In this document: in pieces, positions 21,999-32,850 of the stretch | Layout of the letters: each line of letters starts with the position of its first letter | Numbering within the stretch: position 1 is the first letter of the stretch | Assembly: GCA_963695855.1 (NCBI GenBank) | Contig: CAVOHZ010000010.1 | Span: forward strand, 1,184,001 to 1,248,000 | Length of the DNA: 64,000 bases | Source of the DNA: an uncultured Nitrososphaerales archaeon | GTDB taxonomy: Archaea > Thermoproteota > Nitrososphaeria > Nitrososphaerales > Nitrososphaeraceae | Reading direction: 5' to 3' | The notes under the pieces: model-generated | Seen by the model: the letters and a program-made list of their open reading frames with translations, nothing else | The model's database searches: none | What the model was told of the DNA's origin: nothing | Made by a program: the position numbers and the translations under genes

Positions 21999-22823
21999 AT
22001 GTCTATAATAGATAAACTGATTTTAAGACCAGTACCTGATGTTGAAGAACTTTACAAAAATAGTCATGTAAAAGACGAATTACCAGAAATTTTAAAAATT
22101 TTAGCATTATGGGGAAAAAATACTACAAATCTATGGAGATTACATATTATCTTTGGGGTAACTGCTACAATTTTTTCAATACTTGCTGCCATTGGATTCA
22201 GTTCTACTGGAATCATTCCAGATACCTTAGATGATAAAAATAATTCAACCACGATAATGCAAGCTGCAGTAAAAGAAATAAAGCAATTACATGATCAAAA
22301 AATAGCAAGCCAGATTTTTGGCTTTCTAGCTGCAGTGAGTATCTCTTTAATGACTGCCTTTAACTTTGGAGCGAAATCAAATGATACAAGAAATGCATGG
22401 AGAGAACTGAATGCTGCTGTATTGAAATTCAATCAAAATATTATTGGAAAACGTGAAGTAATAGGTGTATACGAACATGCAGAAACATTAATCGGAGGAT
22501 TAATCTTTACAAAAGACGGAACAAGTCAACCGGGAACAAGTCAACCGGGAACAAGTCAACCGGGAACAAGTCAACCCGGAACAAGTCAACCGGGAACAAG
22601 TCAACCGGGAACAAGTCAACCGGGAACAAGTCAACCGGGAACAAGTCAACCCGGAACAAGTCAACCGGGAACAAGTCAACCGGGAACAAGTCAACCGGGA
22701 ACAAGTCAACCGGGAACAAGTCAACCCGGAACAAGTCAACCGGGAACAAGTCAACCGGGAACAAGTCAACCGGGAACAAGTCAACCGGGAACAAGTCAAC
22801 CGGGAACAAGTCAACAAAGTTAA
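21999..22823 (+). CDS. SLATT/DUF4231-like membrane protein with (GTSQP)n tail
   Basis: W..LHIIFGV.A.I.S.LAA TM1, FGFLAAVSISL.TAFNF TM2, then amphipathic K..R.AW..L helix. Confidence 0.65.
   Translation: MSIIDKLILRPVPDVEELYKNSHVKDELPEILKILALWGKNTTNLWRLHIIFGVTATIFSILAAIGFSSTGIIPDTLDDKNNSTTIMQAAVKEIKQLHDQKIASQIFGFLAAVSISLMTAFNFGAKSNDTRNAWRELNAAVLKFNQNIIGKREVIGVYEHAETLIGGLIFTKDGTSQPGTSQPGTSQPGTSQPGTSQPGTSQPGTSQPGTSQPGTSQPGTSQPGTSQPGTSQPGTSQPGTSQPGTSQPGTSQPGTSQPGTSQPGTSQPGTSQQS
22518..22814 (+). repeat. 15-bp coding tandem repeat GGAACAAGTCAACC(G/C), 19 full units plus 1 partial
   Basis: Counted directly; CCC variant in units 4, 9 and 14. Confidence 0.98.
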
Positions 22824-23208
22824 AAGATCAAAATAAGCTCAGTTATTAAATATATGATTTAATTATATTCTTTACTACAAAAATCTTACAAAAGAGTAAC
22901 AAAAAAGATTTCACTTTTCCCATTGTATTTTTTTCTGAACCACAAATTCGAGTTGAAAACCTATGAGTACCTCTGATTTATCAGTTAAACCAAATTTTGA
23001 AAAGACTTGATAAAAAGGATAATCTCCTATCTTAGGAAATAGGATATATATTTGATTTATTGGCATGCAATTTTACCCATAATAAATCCTTTGATAGATT
23101 GCTGAATTTTATCACAGATATGTGCATTATTCAATGTGTAACATAGACTATCTCAATATTATTTGACCAAAATATATATATTCATTCAATCAATTTGGTT
23201 ATAAAATA

Positions 23209-23475
23209 ATGGTTTCAGAATTTAATGATGTCAATGTAACTGGAATGGATGTAAAAAAGGATTCCAAAACAAAGCTATCTCTATGGGGTGGTGGTCCTGA
23301 TGTCGGTTGGTATAATATTACGAATAATCATGACAGTGCATTTAATGGGATGGTAAATGTATTTACTGCAGCAGCAATGCTTGGAAACAAGAAAGTGACG
23401 GTTGTATTTGGTGGCTCCTTTAGTGGTTCGCCGCCTACAGATAAAGAAATTGAACAAGTCATTATGCTAGGATAG
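23209..23475 (+). CDS. Hypothetical protein
   Basis: 88-aa ORF with ATG and upstream TATA-like sequence. Confidence 0.65.
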   Translation: MVSEFNDVNVTGMDVKKDSKTKLSLWGGGPDVGWYNITNNHDSAFNGMVNVFTAAAMLGNKKVTVVFGGSFSGSPPTDKEIEQVIMLG

Positions 23476-23589
23476 TATCTTATAAGAAAATTGTAATAAG
23501 ATCTAATATTTCTTTAAAATAGTAAAATATTAAAACAATATAATTTGATCTCTTGTAAGGAGAATTTGAGTCCTCTAAGCTTAACAACA

Positions 23590-24140
23590 GGATCTTATTC
23601 AACTAATGATAATAAGCTATTTTTGAGCTATTGCATATAACGCGTTACTTCCAAAACTTTGACTCTATTTTCCTTAATTAAATCTGTATTTGCCTCTTTA
23701 ATCTTTGTATAAAGAACAGGATCTAATTGGTCTATAATCCATCCAAGCCCTGATCCTAAAGCAATGGTCCGCCAATCTTCAGGATTATTCAATAATTGAG
23801 ATGCCGCCTCTTCTTTTATAATTACATTTATTATATCGCTTTCTTCAAATAATTTTTTTAAATTATCATTATTACTAATTTTATCCCAAAGATTATATGA
23901 TTATAACAAGCCAGGTCTATGCTTTTGATACCTATTCCAATGAGAATACGCTGGTTCAAACATTCTTGGTCCCCAAGTAATAACCGCTAACTTTCCTTAT
24001 GGTTTAACCAGTCTCCACATCTCATCAATCTGTCTTTTCATGTTATCTGCAAAAAAGATGACAAAAATACAAACTACAGTATCAAATTCACCGTCGCAAA
24101 AATATATAAGATTAGTCATGCCTCGATTACGAAATTCAAT
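23590..24140 (-). pseudogene. Class I SAM-dependent methyltransferase remnant
   Basis: Minus strand reads DGEFDTVVCIFVIFFADNM...EMWRLVKP*GKLAVITWGPRMFEP, with stops. Confidence 0.6.
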
Positions 24141-24173
24141 ATCTTTAAAAGATAAGGTATTAAAAAATTAGTA

Positions 24174-24740
24174 ATGATAATAATCACTTTAAGTGGTGTT
24201 ATTATTCTTGTTATCCTCAATTTTTCTGTAATTACTAATATTTACGGACAAGAAAATATTAATAATACAACACTAAGAAAAACATTCTATTTTGAAATTG
24301 AAATTCCAGATGATTGGATATATCGAAAGTTTTCGAATGCTTATGCTACAGGCCTTTTAGGGTTTGGTCCATCTAACTCTCTAGTTGCAATACCAGTAGA
24401 ATATTGGGGTTCAAACACGAGTTATGCAGTAGCACAATTTAGACAAGATGCTTATTATGGTGTCAAAAATGCACCTCTTGATGCGTATGTAAAATATAAG
24501 TTAGCCGAACAAGATGCAATGAAAGTTATTACGCAGAAAGATATAATTCTGGCTAATGAGACCTCAAGACAGATATATGCAGAAGGAATTGGAAAATTCG
24601 AAGGATTCAAGTTCTTAGAATATTATGCATTTCATAATAAAGAACCATATATAATAGCATACTATGCATCTAATCCTGTATATGAAAAATATCTTCCAGA
24701 CTTTCAAAAAATGGTAAATTCATTCAAGTGGATAAATTGA
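24174..24740 (+). CDS. Secreted PsbP/Mog1-like protein
   Basis: Signal peptide; FEIEIPDDW and C-terminal Y...YEKYLPDFQKMVNSF. Confidence 0.75.
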   Translation: MIIITLSGVIILVILNFSVITNIYGQENINNTTLRKTFYFEIEIPDDWIYRKFSNAYATGLLGFGPSNSLVAIPVEYWGSNTSYAVAQFRQDAYYGVKNAPLDAYVKYKLAEQDAMKVITQKDIILANETSRQIYAEGIGKFEGFKFLEYYAFHNKEPYIIAYYASNPVYEKYLPDFQKMVNSFKWIN

Positions 24741-25009
24741 AAATAATTCGTTAGAAGGTATAGCCCTTATATTTTTATTATTTTTTGTTTCTAGTCTTGG
24801 TACATTTACAGGATTATTGTTGGTCAAACCTTCAGACTTTCCCCTTAGTTCATCTTTTACTATTCATTTTCTTTGAATAATTACGTTCTCTTCAATTGAA
24901 GGCTACGCTCATTTTACAAAATATCGCTAGAGTAATAGATAAATATGCAATTACATACTATTTAATATAACTACCAATAAATTAATAAATACATTCTCGA
25001 ATTAAGGTT

Positions 25010-25250
25010 ATACCAGCATTTTTAGACGTACACACTATTCCTTCTCTAGACAATGAAAAAGTAGAAGAATTAATAGGTTCCAATGACGAGTTTGATGTTA
25101 CCCCCATTAACATTCTGTTTAATAGAGATGTGAATCTAAGCTACTGTCTGCAGGAGGGAGGCACCCAACAAGGAAGCAGTAGAAAAACATCATTCCAAAT
25201 TCAATTTGAAATGTGAGTAGATTACAGAAGTAACTATGGCCAAAAAATAA
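25010..25250 (+). pseudogene. DUF4242 (SCO4226-like) protein remnant
   Basis: PAFLDVHTIP...DEFDVTPINILFN...YCLQE-APNKEAVEKHHSKFNLKCE*ITEV; a related remnant lies at ~51760-51930 on the minus strand. Confidence 0.55.
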
Positions 25251-25372
25251 AATAAAATAAAATAAAATATCGCTAGAGTAGTTGAATAATTAATCGTGAA
25301 AGAATTTTTTATTCATAATAATACTTATCCATAACTTTTTTATTACGATTAAAAAAATTATCTAACTAACAA

Positions 25373-25762
25373 ATGGTATTAAATAATGAATTTCATTCTG
25401 TTTTTATTGAAAATATAATCAATTGCGAGCAGTCTATAAGATGGGTAGGAATAACTGATCATACCGGTACTATTATAAATGAAAGACTTAGAGAAGGGCT
25501 AAAGCGCCTCCTTACCGAAGAAGAAAATAATCAGTTTGCAAAAAATTCAATAATTAGGCATAAAGCAAGATTAAAATTTGAATCAAAAATGGGTAAATTA
25601 ATGTATGCATTTAGGAGATATGAAAACATGAGTAGATGTCTAATTCCAATCAATGAAGGTTATTACCTATTTTTAACTATGGATTTTGAGGAAAGTAATT
25701 TTGATGAAATAATAATGGAAAAAATTATTCCTTTTATTCAAAAAGAAAAGAGAAATTTATAA
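25373..25762 (+). CDS. Thaumarchaeal roadblock/DUF6659-like protein
   Basis: SIRWVGI...REGL..LLT.EE...G.L.YAF.RYE pattern. Confidence 0.7.
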   Translation: MVLNNEFHSVFIENIINCEQSIRWVGITDHTGTIINERLREGLKRLLTEEENNQFAKNSIIRHKARLKFESKMGKLMYAFRRYENMSRCLIPINEGYYLFLTMDFEESNFDEIIMEKIIPFIQKEKRNL

Positions 25763-26764
25763 ATTAATAATTCTCTTTCGGGTTATTCGTATCGCATCTC
25801 ATCTCTCTTCGTCCTTCAACATTCTGAATCTATCATGGTAACATAATTAGAAAATGATCTTTAGGTACAAAATGAAATTATCAGCGTAACAATATCGCTA
25901 GAGCAATAAAATTATAATTATAATTTTATTTTTATCAAGTATTATATTATTTTTACAAGATAGATAGAAACTCAAGACTCACTCTACAGTAGGAATAAGG
26001 AATAGCACTTAAATACAGATAGCAATAGACACTTAAACATTTTCAATCTATTAGTCAAATAAATAAATAACATATTATGGGAATGAAATTTTCTAACCTC
26101 CTACTTTCAATGAAACCGTTTTTATTGTATCATCATACAACCAGTTGTTATAGTCATAAACATCTTTAGAAGTTTTTCCAATGACACAAACATCATACTC
26201 AGAATATAAAAAATCATTAATATGAAATTCTAATTTCTATTTCTTCTCATCAACAACATTTATCTCTTGATTTTCATAGTTATTTGCTGATCTTAATGAT
26301 ATAATTATAACATCGTCCGGTATATCTTGATCAATTTTTACATTCACCTTTACTTCAAAAGTAGGTTGTGTTTTCATTCATATATTCATCCCATTCTTCC
26401 TCATTGGAAAACTTTCCTAATTTGGATTCAATATCTTCTGTAGTTTTTTCTAATTCCGATTCTACCGCCTTATCTGAGATACTATTCACATCACTGGATC
26501 CACCTGTAATGGCTATCGTTCTATCCGTTTGTTTATCTTCTGTTTCATCAATACTGATTTGTAGAGACCTATGTCTCATTGTCATTATTGCCTTCGATAC
26601 CTTCTTGTTGTTGATAACTACTATCGGAAAAGTAAAAATCTATGAAATTAAAACTGACTAAACAAATTATACAAGTTATTTTCTTTGTGGATACCAATTA
26701 ATTTGATTACTTTATTATGGATATAATATTTTTCATACTTTAAAAATAATTAACAAGAAATGAG

Positions 26765-27211
26765 TTAGTAAGGTATCAAAGAATTGACATGCTTTATGAA
26801 AATATCTTTTGCAACTTTTTTGCAGACGTAACATTCTTCTCCAAATTCTGGATGCATTTCTGCCAAGACTTTATAATTTATTAATGATGATGTCATAAAA
26901 CATATTTTAAATTGTTGTGGTGTACCTTCTACCATTTTTGAAATGTCAATTAACTTATTATAAAGATCAAAACCATCCGTCATAGACATTCTATAACCAA
27001 TAAGAACTAGATCATAGTCTTGAGATCTAAAATTTTTTTCTGCTAATTGTGGGTCGTTTATTAAAGTTAGATTGAAACCTTCTTCTTCCAACCATTTCTT
27101 ATATCTTAAAGAAGTGTCAAGATCATCATCAACTATTAAGATATTTTTCAATATAATGTAATTAATAGTGCAGGTTATTAAAAAATGATATTCTAGAGAG
27201 CTGAATCCCAT
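26765..27211 (-). CDS. Stand-alone atypical response regulator receiver
   Basis: ILIVDDD, DGFDLY, ICFMTS; phospho-acceptor region reads LVLIGYRM (Asp replaced) and KP is absent. Confidence 0.8.
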   Translation of the reverse strand: MGFSSLEYHFLITCTINYIILKNILIVDDDLDTSLRYKKWLEEEGFNLTLINDPQLAEKNFRSQDYDLVLIGYRMSMTDGFDLYNKLIDISKMVEGTPQQFKICFMTSSLINYKVLAEMHPEFGEECYVCKKVAKDIFIKHVNSLIPY

Positions 27212-27542
27212 TATGACGAAATTCCAGAGATATAATTTTTAACGAATAATGAACAGTGGGTCCTAGTAATATTTCATTTCAAATATCAGAAACGCTATTA
27301 ATAATATTGAAGGTGATAGAAACAGAAATATGAACAATACCCGTTGCTATGGTTGCAATGCTTCCATCTAATGGAATCCTGAAAAAGGAGAGTATTGGGA
27401 ATTACAGAAAAACAGGAAACACGTTTGCCCATATCTGCAGAAACAAGAGCAAGAAATATACTAGCAGTATTGTGACTATTTCAATATAATGCACAGTGTA
27501 TTTCATTATTAAATAGAAAGATGTTAAAGAAATTTCCTACAA

Positions 27543-27725
27543 TTGTATATAGAAGAAAAAAATAAAATAAAAAGTTATACCACATTCATTATCATAGCAT
27601 TGATCATAGTGTTTATTGCAGCATTAGCAATAATATCAGTCTATGATCTTTTTGTTCATGACATTACAAATAATTTCACTGAACTTTGTGCACGATATGG
27701 CTTCCCTGTATCTCTAGGATGTTGA
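27543..27725 (+). CDS. Small single-TM protein
   Basis: One TM helix and a C-terminal C..YGFP..LGC segment. Confidence 0.5.
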   Translation: MYIEEKNKIKSYTTFIIIALIIVFIAALAIISVYDLFVHDITNNFTELCARYGFPVSLGC

Positions 27726-27824
27726 CGCCTTTATTTATATTTTCGAATTGATTAATTGTAATATACAGAACTCGTCATATTATTAAATTTCAATTATAAA
27801 TTAATTAATTAATTATTATAACAT

Positions 27825-28307
27825 ATGAAAAATTTCGTTTTTAGAGAATTCAAATTTACTGAAGGTAGACTAGTTGTATTTAGTTTAGTACGAATGGTTC
27901 TAGTACTAGTTATATCTTTGATGTTAATTGGGAATGGAGTAGTCGGACATGTTGCAAACACATACAAGGAAATAAAAGCCACAGTCGCATTCAAAAACAT
28001 TGATGGCGATATCAAGGTTGTAGGTATTATAGGAAATATTGGAATAAATCCTACATTAGTGTCTAGAAGCGGGGAAACAGAATATGCTCTTAACGTCATT
28101 AATGAAGATAAAGAACCACATATGTTTTACATTGATGGATTAAATGTTCATACAAAATTACTAAGATTTGGAGAAAATGATACAATAACTATACGTCCAG
28201 ATAACGAAGGAACATACAATTACTATGATAGGGTTTCTTTGGAGAAAAATAATGGTTCAATAATACCAATTGGCGAATTCAAAACTTTGAGGGTAGCAGG
28301 AGATTGA
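27825..28307 (+). CDS. Membrane-anchored cupredoxin-like protein
   Basis: INPTL, VINED..PH.F.I, EGTYNYY; the canonical Cys ligand is absent. Confidence 0.65.
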   Translation: MKNFVFREFKFTEGRLVVFSLVRMVLVLVISLMLIGNGVVGHVANTYKEIKATVAFKNIDGDIKVVGIIGNIGINPTLVSRSGETEYALNVINEDKEPHMFYIDGLNVHTKLLRFGENDTITIRPDNEGTYNYYDRVSLEKNNGSIIPIGEFKTLRVAGD

Positions 28308-28534
28308 AAGAATTAGTTCAAGATATTGGAGAGTTTTATATTTATTTTATTTATCAATCAGAATTAAAATTTTTAATGTTCTATCAAACTCGGTCAATAG
28401 TAGTCTGGACATGCATTCCTACCTTGTCCAGTTCGAAAATTCTATGTTATTATATTGACTTTATTCTTCCGTCTCTTTATTATTCTTGGCTTGGTACAGA
28501 ATTGAAAAAAATTCCATAAATGGAAATTAATTTA

Positions 28535-28873
28535 TCAATTTAAGGCATTATTCACAAATGCTTCGTATTTTTCCTTTGGAGAAACTCCCACCGTTCGAGC
28601 TATCTCATTGCCATTTTTAAACAATACTAGTGAAGGTATAGATTGAATATTATATTTTACTGCAATTTCTTCATTTTGATCAACGTTAATTTTAGACACT
28701 TTAACTTTTCCGTCTAGAGAGTAAGCTAATTGTTCAACAATTGGACCAACCATTTTACAGGGACCACACCACTCTGCCCAAAAATCCACTAGCACTGGGA
28801 TATCAGAATTCAAAACTTTATCGTTCCAATTTGTTGTATTCAATGAAACAACTTTTTCTAATTCTTTTGTCAT
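28535..28873 (-). CDS. trxA: Thioredoxin
   Basis: VLVDFWAEWCGPCKM, SIPSLVLFKNG. Confidence 0.97.
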   Translation of the reverse strand: MTKELEKVVSLNTTNWNDKVLNSDIPVLVDFWAEWCGPCKMVGPIVEQLAYSLDGKVKVSKINVDQNEEIAVKYNIQSIPSLVLFKNGNEIARTVGVSPKEKYEAFVNNALN

Positions 28874-29421
28874 AATATATATATTATCGTATTAGGTAAT
28901 TATAGACCTACAATTTCAAATAAAGTCACAACAGAGTGTATATTTATACCATCTTCAAACATGAATAGATCAATATGTTTGTCAAAATATTGACTAATTC
29001 TTGCTTTTGAAACCATATTTCTTAACTTTACAAAATAAAATTTAGACAAATTTATTTTTCATCTATCTTAATTATAACATTTTTTTACCATCTGTTTTCT
29101 TGACTTCTCGGTTTTTGACATCTTGCAAATATTCTAGTACATTATTTCAAAAGTACCAACAACAATGAACTCTGGTCAGTGGGAGATCAAGTCATTTTTT
29201 TTACTTGGGATAGTGTTCGTTTCTCATATCGGTTTCAATTGGATGGTCACTTCTCTCTATTAGCTTGATTCTCTTTATCTCTTTTATCCTAATCGATAAA
29301 GTGATTGGACCAAATCCTATATAGATTTCTTTTATCTTTATGTTATTAATTATTTTTTTTGTTATAAAAGGTGTATAGATATGAAAAATAACATATATTT
29401 ACAAGAATCATTAATTTGTCA

Positions 29422-30213
29422 TTAATTATCTATTTTATTGTAATCGTTATTTTTTATAGGATAAATTAAAGATTTATTTTCATTTACTATGTCACCAATT
29501 GATTCTATTATTCTTGTAGAATATCTGAAAGCTTTGTTAATATCTGAAGGATTGTCATTTGTTTCTACGATGATATTATTCTCAGACAGATACACAACTA
29601 TTTCGATACGGTTTTCTATATCTTTCCATTTTAACTGATACCCTGTTAATGTTTGTACCATACCTACCCATCTTAAGTTATCAAACCATTTTCCTGAAAT
29701 ACTTTGAACTATTTTTTTATTAACAAGTTTGTATGGTACATATACTTGAAGGATTTGCGAATATTTTGTTTGATTACTTCTTTCTTCATTTGATGAACCC
29801 TTCAGATTTGAAAATATTATTTTTCCATCTTTCGTAGATTTATATCCTAATTTGGTTCTCTCAATCAAACCCAATTCTTGTAGTCGTCTCAGTGATCTTG
29901 ACAAAATTTCTTGATGTATATCTAACATACTTTTCAGTCCATTAAATGAAAATGTGGATATAGTATTTTCATCTTCATTACCATACAAAATATTCATAAT
30001 ATCTATATCATGTTGTCTAAGGTCTGAGAGAGATATAGAGGAATCATTATCATATATCTTTTGTTTATCGGGAAACGATGTAAGTAAAATGGTTAAATTG
30101 TCATTATCTATATTATTATTTTTATTTTCAATTTTGGTATTTTCTTTTACTTTTATTTTACACACCACATTAACTATATTAATGTAAGTATATATAAATT
30201 GGTAAGTGCGCAT
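29422..30213 (-). CDS. Winged-helix domain protein
   Basis: FSFNGLKSMLDIHQEILSRSLRRLQELGLIE HTH; start uncertain. Confidence 0.7.
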   Translation of the reverse strand: MRTYQFIYTYINIVNVVCKIKVKENTKIENKNNNIDNDNLTILLTSFPDKQKIYDNDSSISLSDLRQHDIDIMNILYGNEDENTISTFSFNGLKSMLDIHQEILSRSLRRLQELGLIERTKLGYKSTKDGKIIFSNLKGSSNEERSNQTKYSQILQVYVPYKLVNKKIVQSISGKWFDNLRWVGMVQTLTGYQLKWKDIENRIEIVVYLSENNIIVETNDNPSDINKAFRYSTRIIESIGDIVNENKSLIYPIKNNDYNKIDN

Positions 30214-30285
30214 GTATAAAGCAACTTACTATATGGTAAGTAAAATAAAATCATTTAATAACAGAAGACATAAAAATAAAAATAG

Positions 30286-31284
30286 TTATGGCTGATTCTC
30301 CAATATCACTGAAACATTAAATCGTCTTCCATATCTATTTACAGATAATGAAGTTTTTTCGTTTATCTTCTTCTTTTTGATTTGAGATGAAAGCTCTGTT
30401 ATTTCTTCTATCCTTTTATCATCAATCTCCTCGATAATATCACCTGGTCTTATTCCTGCATCAGCTGCGGGACTATATTCTTCCACCTTTACAACTAGTG
30501 CACCTTCATTGGTTGGTAACCGATAATATCTAGCTATTCTACCGGTTATCTTGATCGTAGAGATGCCTAACCATGGTCTATTAACTTTCCCATATTGTAT
30601 TAACTCCTCTAAGACCTTTTTTGCAGTATTTACAGGAATTGCAAATCCTATTCCATGGGCATACGGTATTTTTGCGGTATTGATGGCAATTACTTCGCCG
30701 CTAGTATTTACTAAAGGTCCCCCAGAATTGCCCGGATTTATTGCTGCATCGGTTTGAACCAATTCTAATACTCCATCTTCAAGTTCGATGTTCCTATTTA
30801 TGGAACTAATAATTCCTGTTGTAACCGTAGGTCCTCCTGTTAGACCAAAAGGATTGCCAACAGCAATGACTATTTGACCCACTTTTAGAATATCAGAATT
30901 TCCTAATTTAGCAAATGGCACTGAGGTTATTGACTTGTTATCATGATAATTAGTATCATTATTATTGTTAGAGTCATCAAAACTATTCGAATTCAATTCA
31001 ATTTTTAATACAGCAAGGTCAGTGAGCTTATCAGTTCCGATTACTTTAGCATTAAATGTTCTTCCATCATGTAATGTAACTTTTAATCTCCTGGCATGGT
31101 CGACTACATGATAATTTGTGAGTATATGACCTTGATTATCAAAGATAATGCCAGATCCTACACCTTCAATTGGAAATATACGGAAGAGCTGATCAGTTAC
31201 CATTTTGACACTCGCAATATTAACTACATTCTTAGTTATTTTTTCAATAGCGTCGATAAATGTTTCTTCAGTTATAGGAATCAG
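30286..31284 (-). CDS. htrA: HtrA/DegP-type serine protease with PDZ domain; probable CTG start at 31284
   Basis: [35 protein letters not shown]. The frame is open to CTG 31284, which has a GGAGGT Shine-Dalgarno 8 nt upstream. Confidence 0.92.
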   Translation of the reverse strand: MIPITEETFIDAIEKITKNVVNIASVKMVTDQLFRIFPIEGVGSGIIFDNQGHILTNYHVVDHARRLKVTLHDGRTFNAKVIGTDKLTDLAVLKIELNSNSFDDSNNNNDTNYHDNKSITSVPFAKLGNSDILKVGQIVIAVGNPFGLTGGPTVTTGIISSINRNIELEDGVLELVQTDAAINPGNSGGPLVNTSGEVIAINTAKIPYAHGIGFAIPVNTAKKVLEELIQYGKVNRPWLGISTIKITGRIARYYRLPTNEGALVVKVEEYSPAADAGIRPGDIIEEIDDKRIEEITELSSQIKKKKINEKTSLSVNRYGRRFNVSVILENQP

Positions 31285-31379
31285 AATTTTATACCTCCTC
31301 GTTCTAGAGGTGATTTAGGTTTTGATGGCGTAATCGGTAGTTTCTTTATCGTTGGTTGACTTATGATTATATCATACAT
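31281..31379 (-). CDS. Putative 32-aa leader peptide coupled to htrA
   Basis: [32 protein letters not shown]; its TGA overlaps the CTG start (CTGA). Confidence 0.45.
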   Translation of the reverse strand: MYDIIISQPTIKKLPITPSKPKSPLERGGIKF

Positions 31380-31867
31380 ACTTGTATTATATTAGAAGGA
31401 GATGACTAAATTGATTAATTTTTAAATATTTGGTCACCATCAATAATAACACTTTCTAATCGATGCTGTTTAGAGAATCTACAAAGTATTAAATGGCCAA
31501 ATATAAAAAAAGGGAGGTCATGACTACCTGATGAGAACTACAACCATGCAGAGTTTTTTTTATGTCAGGCGAACGTCTGTAGCAACCAAGTATTATCATC
31601 AGACAGACGACACTCCCCAACTTCAAAAAGTACAGAAAAGGTTATAACGGTTATAGAAAGATGTGCAAAAATGTAATCAAGAATCACATTTTCACCGAAG
31701 CACTTTCATCTAAAACAGACTTTTAAAGGGAAAGCAAAGATGAATGACATGAAATTCAAATAAACCGATTTTAAGATAGTAAGGCCTCAGAGGCCTACCG
31801 CAAGGATAAAACATTGTCTTAACTTTTGGGAAAAACTTTAATATGATTATCAAAAAATTCTGTAGAT

Positions 31868-32254
31868 ATGTCTTCACAATCCATTCTTACAAATAAAGAT
31901 CCAGCGATAACCATAAAGATTATCAAATATATGATTATGGAACATTATGAATGTCCTCCAGACTCCAAGTATTGTCTAGAACTATTTACAGAAAGTAGAA
32001 AGAATCAAATTCTTACACGAATAAATCAGGACAATGTGGTAAGGGATGTAAACAGACCAGTTATCGCCACAAAAATCAATTGTTGGGAGTGTGGTCTAGA
32101 AATCTTTGTTCACAGCTTGGTTGTATCGAACAAGTATTCAAAAGGTAGAAAAAGACGATACCACTTTAGGTGTGCATTGAAAAAGAAACTTGTACAGGAA
32201 AAGACAATGATGCATGAAGATTATAGAAAATTCCTGTTAGGTATATTAATTTGA
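31868..32254 (+). CDS. Hypothetical Zn-finger protein
   Basis: CWECG...YHFRCA (CxxC/HxxC). Confidence 0.6.
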   Translation: MSSQSILTNKDPAITIKIIKYMIMEHYECPPDSKYCLELFTESRKNQILTRINQDNVVRDVNRPVIATKINCWECGLEIFVHSLVVSNKYSKGRKRRYHFRCALKKKLVQEKTMMHEDYRKFLLGILI

Positions 32255-32373
32255 GATGGTGTGACAGTCCTAGGCAAAACACCCGGTGACGACTAGGAGC
32301 ACCAAAATGGAAGCACCATCATCCTACAACCTCATTTCTTTATTTATTATTTCTTTAATATTCATAAAAATTC

Positions 32374-32826
32374 TCAAATATGATCTAACTTTTTAATTTG
32401 CCCTCTTACTTTTCCCTTCGGTTTATCCTCTGTCGATATATTTACATATGCCTCTCCGTTTTCTATTTTTTCGACCAATTCTTCGGTATCCTTTCCTTGT
32501 AACGGCCCTTTAAGATCCTGTGAACTTATATCCCCTTCACATAATTTGCCCGTAACTTCGTCTGTTGGAGTTTCAGACTTATACAGCTCTGCAACCGTTT
32601 CTCCTTTCTCGTGTTTACCTACGTCAATACTTACTTCTTTTATATTGCTCATCTCTGTAATTTTAACAGAGAATTTTAGATCTTCATTATCTTTGGATTG
32701 AAATGTTGCTAAAGCAGTATCTAATGTATTTACTACTGGCACTTCTTCTTTTCCAGTTAGTATTGCAGCAAAATCTATATTCTTTTTATCATTTTTATTA
32801 TATTCTTTATCATTAGAGAAATTCAT
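32374..32826 (-). CDS. CHRD-domain protein
   Basis: FAAILTGKEEVP.V.T and L.GPL.G...GEAYVNI.T...P.G..RGQI. Confidence 0.85.
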   Translation of the reverse strand: MNFSNDKEYNKNDKKNIDFAAILTGKEEVPVVNTLDTALATFQSKDNEDLKFSVKITEMSNIKEVSIDVGKHEKGETVAELYKSETPTDEVTGKLCEGDISSQDLKGPLQGKDTEELVEKIENGEAYVNISTEDKPKGKVRGQIKKLDHI

Positions 32827-32850
32827 TGTAGTTTAAAGTACACACCATTT

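Noticed and set aside
22500-22817. Antisense ORFs (LTCSR)n and (VDLFP)n
   Set aside because: Shadow frames of the 15-bp repeat.
25141-25185. GC-rich hairpin as ncRNA (also 51830-51875)
   Set aside because: Explained as coding remnants of DUF4242-like pseudogenes.
31506-31522. AAAAGGGAGGTCATG shared in reverse with 58038-58052
   Set aside because: The second copy is coding sequence (GGHA) of the hydrolase pseudogene; probably coincidental.
31528-31575. CTGATGAG suggesting a hammerhead ribozyme
   Set aside because: No GAAA core after stem II and no GUH cleavage context could be built.
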